Assembly (NCBI GenBank): GCA_038064055.1
Contig: JBBTTW010000035.1
Span: 1-35,188, forward strand
Length of the DNA: 35,188 bases
Origin: Patescibacteria group bacterium
GTDB taxonomy: Bacteria; Patescibacteriota; Minisyncoccia; Phycocordibacterales; JACOZG01
Direction of reading: 5' to 3'
Shown: positions 33,893 to 35,188 of the stretch, piece by piece
How positions within the stretch are numbered: the first letter of the stretch is position 1
How the letters are laid out: the number at the start of each line of letters is the position of its first letter
Notes under the pieces: model-generated
What the model was told of the DNA's origin: nothing
The model's input: only the letters and a program-made list of their open reading frames with translations
Databases searched by the model: none
Position numbers and translations under genes: made by a program

Positions 33893-34378
33893 ATGAAAGA
33901 AATTATCAGAAAAAAGAATGATCCCATCCTCCGCGCCAAGACCGAACCCGTGACGGAAGCTTTGCCGCCTGCCGAACTCAAACGAATCATCGAGATGATG
34001 CGGGCGACCCTCGAGGCCGAAGAAGATGGCGTGGCGCTCGCCGCGCCGCAGGTCGGCCTCGCGCTAAGGATCTTCGTCGTCAGCCCGAAGGCCAATCCCG
34101 AGGGCAAGACCGGCTTACCAACCGTCTTCATTAATCCAAGAATCATGAAGCAGTCGCGGCGACAGGTAGAATTGGTGGAAGGGTGCTTGAGTGTGCGCCA
34201 CATCTACGGCCACATTAAGCGCCGCGAGAAGGTGACGGTGGAAGCGACGGACGAGACGGGACGCCTCTTCACCCGACACACCTCCGGTCTCATGGCCCAG
34301 ATCGTCCAGCACGAGATCGATCACTTAGATGGCATCCTCTTCACTGATAAAGCTTATGACCTCACCGAAGTTAAGTAA
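33893..34378 (+). CDS. def: Peptide deformylase
   Basis: GVALAAPQVG, FINP, EGCLSV, QHEIDHLDGILF. Confidence 0.98.
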   Translation: MKEIIRKKNDPILRAKTEPVTEALPPAELKRIIEMMRATLEAEEDGVALAAPQVGLALRIFVVSPKANPEGKTGLPTVFINPRIMKQSRRQVELVEGCLSVRHIYGHIKRREKVTVEATDETGRLFTRHTSGLMAQIVQHEIDHLDGILFTDKAYDLTEVK

Positions 34379-35188
34379 GTTTGCCTTCTTCGGCACGGAT
34401 GAGTTTGCCGTGGCTGTGCTCCGTGAGCTCACCCAGCAAGGGGTGCGGCCGGACCTAATCGTCACGACGCCCGACGCCCACCAAGGGCGAGGTCTCGTCT
34501 TAACTCCCGCGCCGGTCAAACTCTGGGCCGAAGAAAATAAAATCCCCTACTCTCAACCCGTTGATTTGAAAGCTGAAGGCTCTAAGCTACAAGCTACAAG
34601 CTACCAGCTATTTTTACTTGCTTCGTATGGAAAAATAATTCCGGCTGAAATTTTGAAGATTCCGGAATTCGGCATTTTAAATATCCACCCCTCGCTCTTG
34701 CCGAAGTATCGCGGCGCCACTCCAATCCAAAGTGCCCTCTTAGCCGGCGAAGCAGAGACGGGCGTGACGCTTATGCTGATGGACGAGCAAGTGGATCATG
34801 GGCCGATCTTGGGAGCTGCTAGCTGCCATCTTCTAGCTTTAAGCTTTTTAGAATTGAGGGATAAATTAGCTCAACTGGGAGCAAAATTATTCCTAGATAA
34901 AGCACCGGATTATTTGGCGGGGAAATTAAGGCCCGAGCCGCAAGACGAGAGCCAAGCCACTTTCACTAAGAAGATTAAAAAAGAAGCTGGGTTAATAAAG
35001 TTGGATGATGATCCGGAATTAAATTATCGCAAATTCCTCGCTTACCACCCCTGGCCGGGTATTTACTACTTCACCCCTTCGGGTAAGCGCGTTAAGGTGA
35101 CCCTCGCCACCCTTGAAGACGGTCAATTTGTGATCAAAAGAATTATCCCCGAGGGGAAGCGAGAGATGCCCTACGAGGTGCGGGCTTA
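34356..35188 (+). CDS. fmt: Methionyl-tRNA formyltransferase; runs to the window edge, not in the ORF track
   Basis: MTSPKLSKFAFFGTDEFA...GRG...SYGKII...NIHPSLLPKYRGATPIQ...DHGPI...HPWPG; last bases GCT TA may be the start of the stop codon. Confidence 0.95.
   Translation, partial: MTSPKLSKFAFFGTDEFAVAVLRELTQQGVRPDLIVTTPDAHQGRGLVLTPAPVKLWAEENKIPYSQPVDLKAEGSKLQATSYQLFLLASYGKIIPAEILKIPEFGILNIHPSLLPKYRGATPIQSALLAGEAETGVTLMLMDEQVDHGPILGAASCHLLALSFLELRDKLAQLGAKLFLDKAPDYLAGKLRPEPQDESQATFTKKIKKEAGLIKLDDDPELNYRKFLAYHPWPGIYYFTPSGKRVKVTLATLEDGQFVIKRIIPEGKREMPYEVRA
34570..34610 (+). repeat. Heptamer tandem repeat (AAGCTAC-like x6) inside fmt
   Basis: AAGCTGA AGGCTCT AAGCTAC AAGCTAC AAGCTAC CAGCTA. Confidence 0.85.
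34813..34847 (-). repeat. Second, inverted heptamer tract inside fmt
   Basis: AGCT at 34814, 34821, 34835, 34842 and ATCT at 34828 (period 7). Confidence 0.65.

Noticed and set aside
195-34519. Many 60-190 aa ORFs antisense or out of frame to core genes (e.g. 2233..2778, 25469..26011, 26581..27162)
   Set aside because: Shadow ORFs expected in GC-rich coding DNA; no motifs or expression signals

Overview
Mostly minus-strand, gene-dense window from a reduced-genome bacterium. Gene set and style (short ProS, truncated HolB-like protein, degenerate PriA, split dcw cluster, orphan surface proteins) suggest Patescibacteria/CPR, probably Parcubacteria (inference). Contents: a glycerate kinase-PEP synthase-enolase operon; an overlapping dsbA-VKOR-pyrD-like operon; an AT-rich accessory patch around tRNA-Glu(CTC); mraZ-rsmH-ftsL-ftsI-murF; a RelE-type TA pair; lysS, greA, mreB-mreC-(mreD-like)-mrdA, proS, rseP, frr, holB-like, a second mreB and murA; a four-gene surface-protein operon resembling WxL/DUF916 clusters; and priA-def-fmt on the plus strand. 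Main signals: (1) a three-way-junction element (CTAA-hairpin-CGSCCG-hairpin-TTAG) with compensatory changes in both the tRNA-Glu and mraZ leaders; (2) a PyrD-like flavoprotein with altered orotate-binding motifs coupled to DsbA/VKOR, possibly an electron sink for disulfide formation; (3) -10 boxes 5-9 nt before start codons at most operon heads, implying leaderless transcription; (4) GGTCGGA-containing repeats bracketing small accessory genes. All calls come from reading the sequence by eye; no searches were run.
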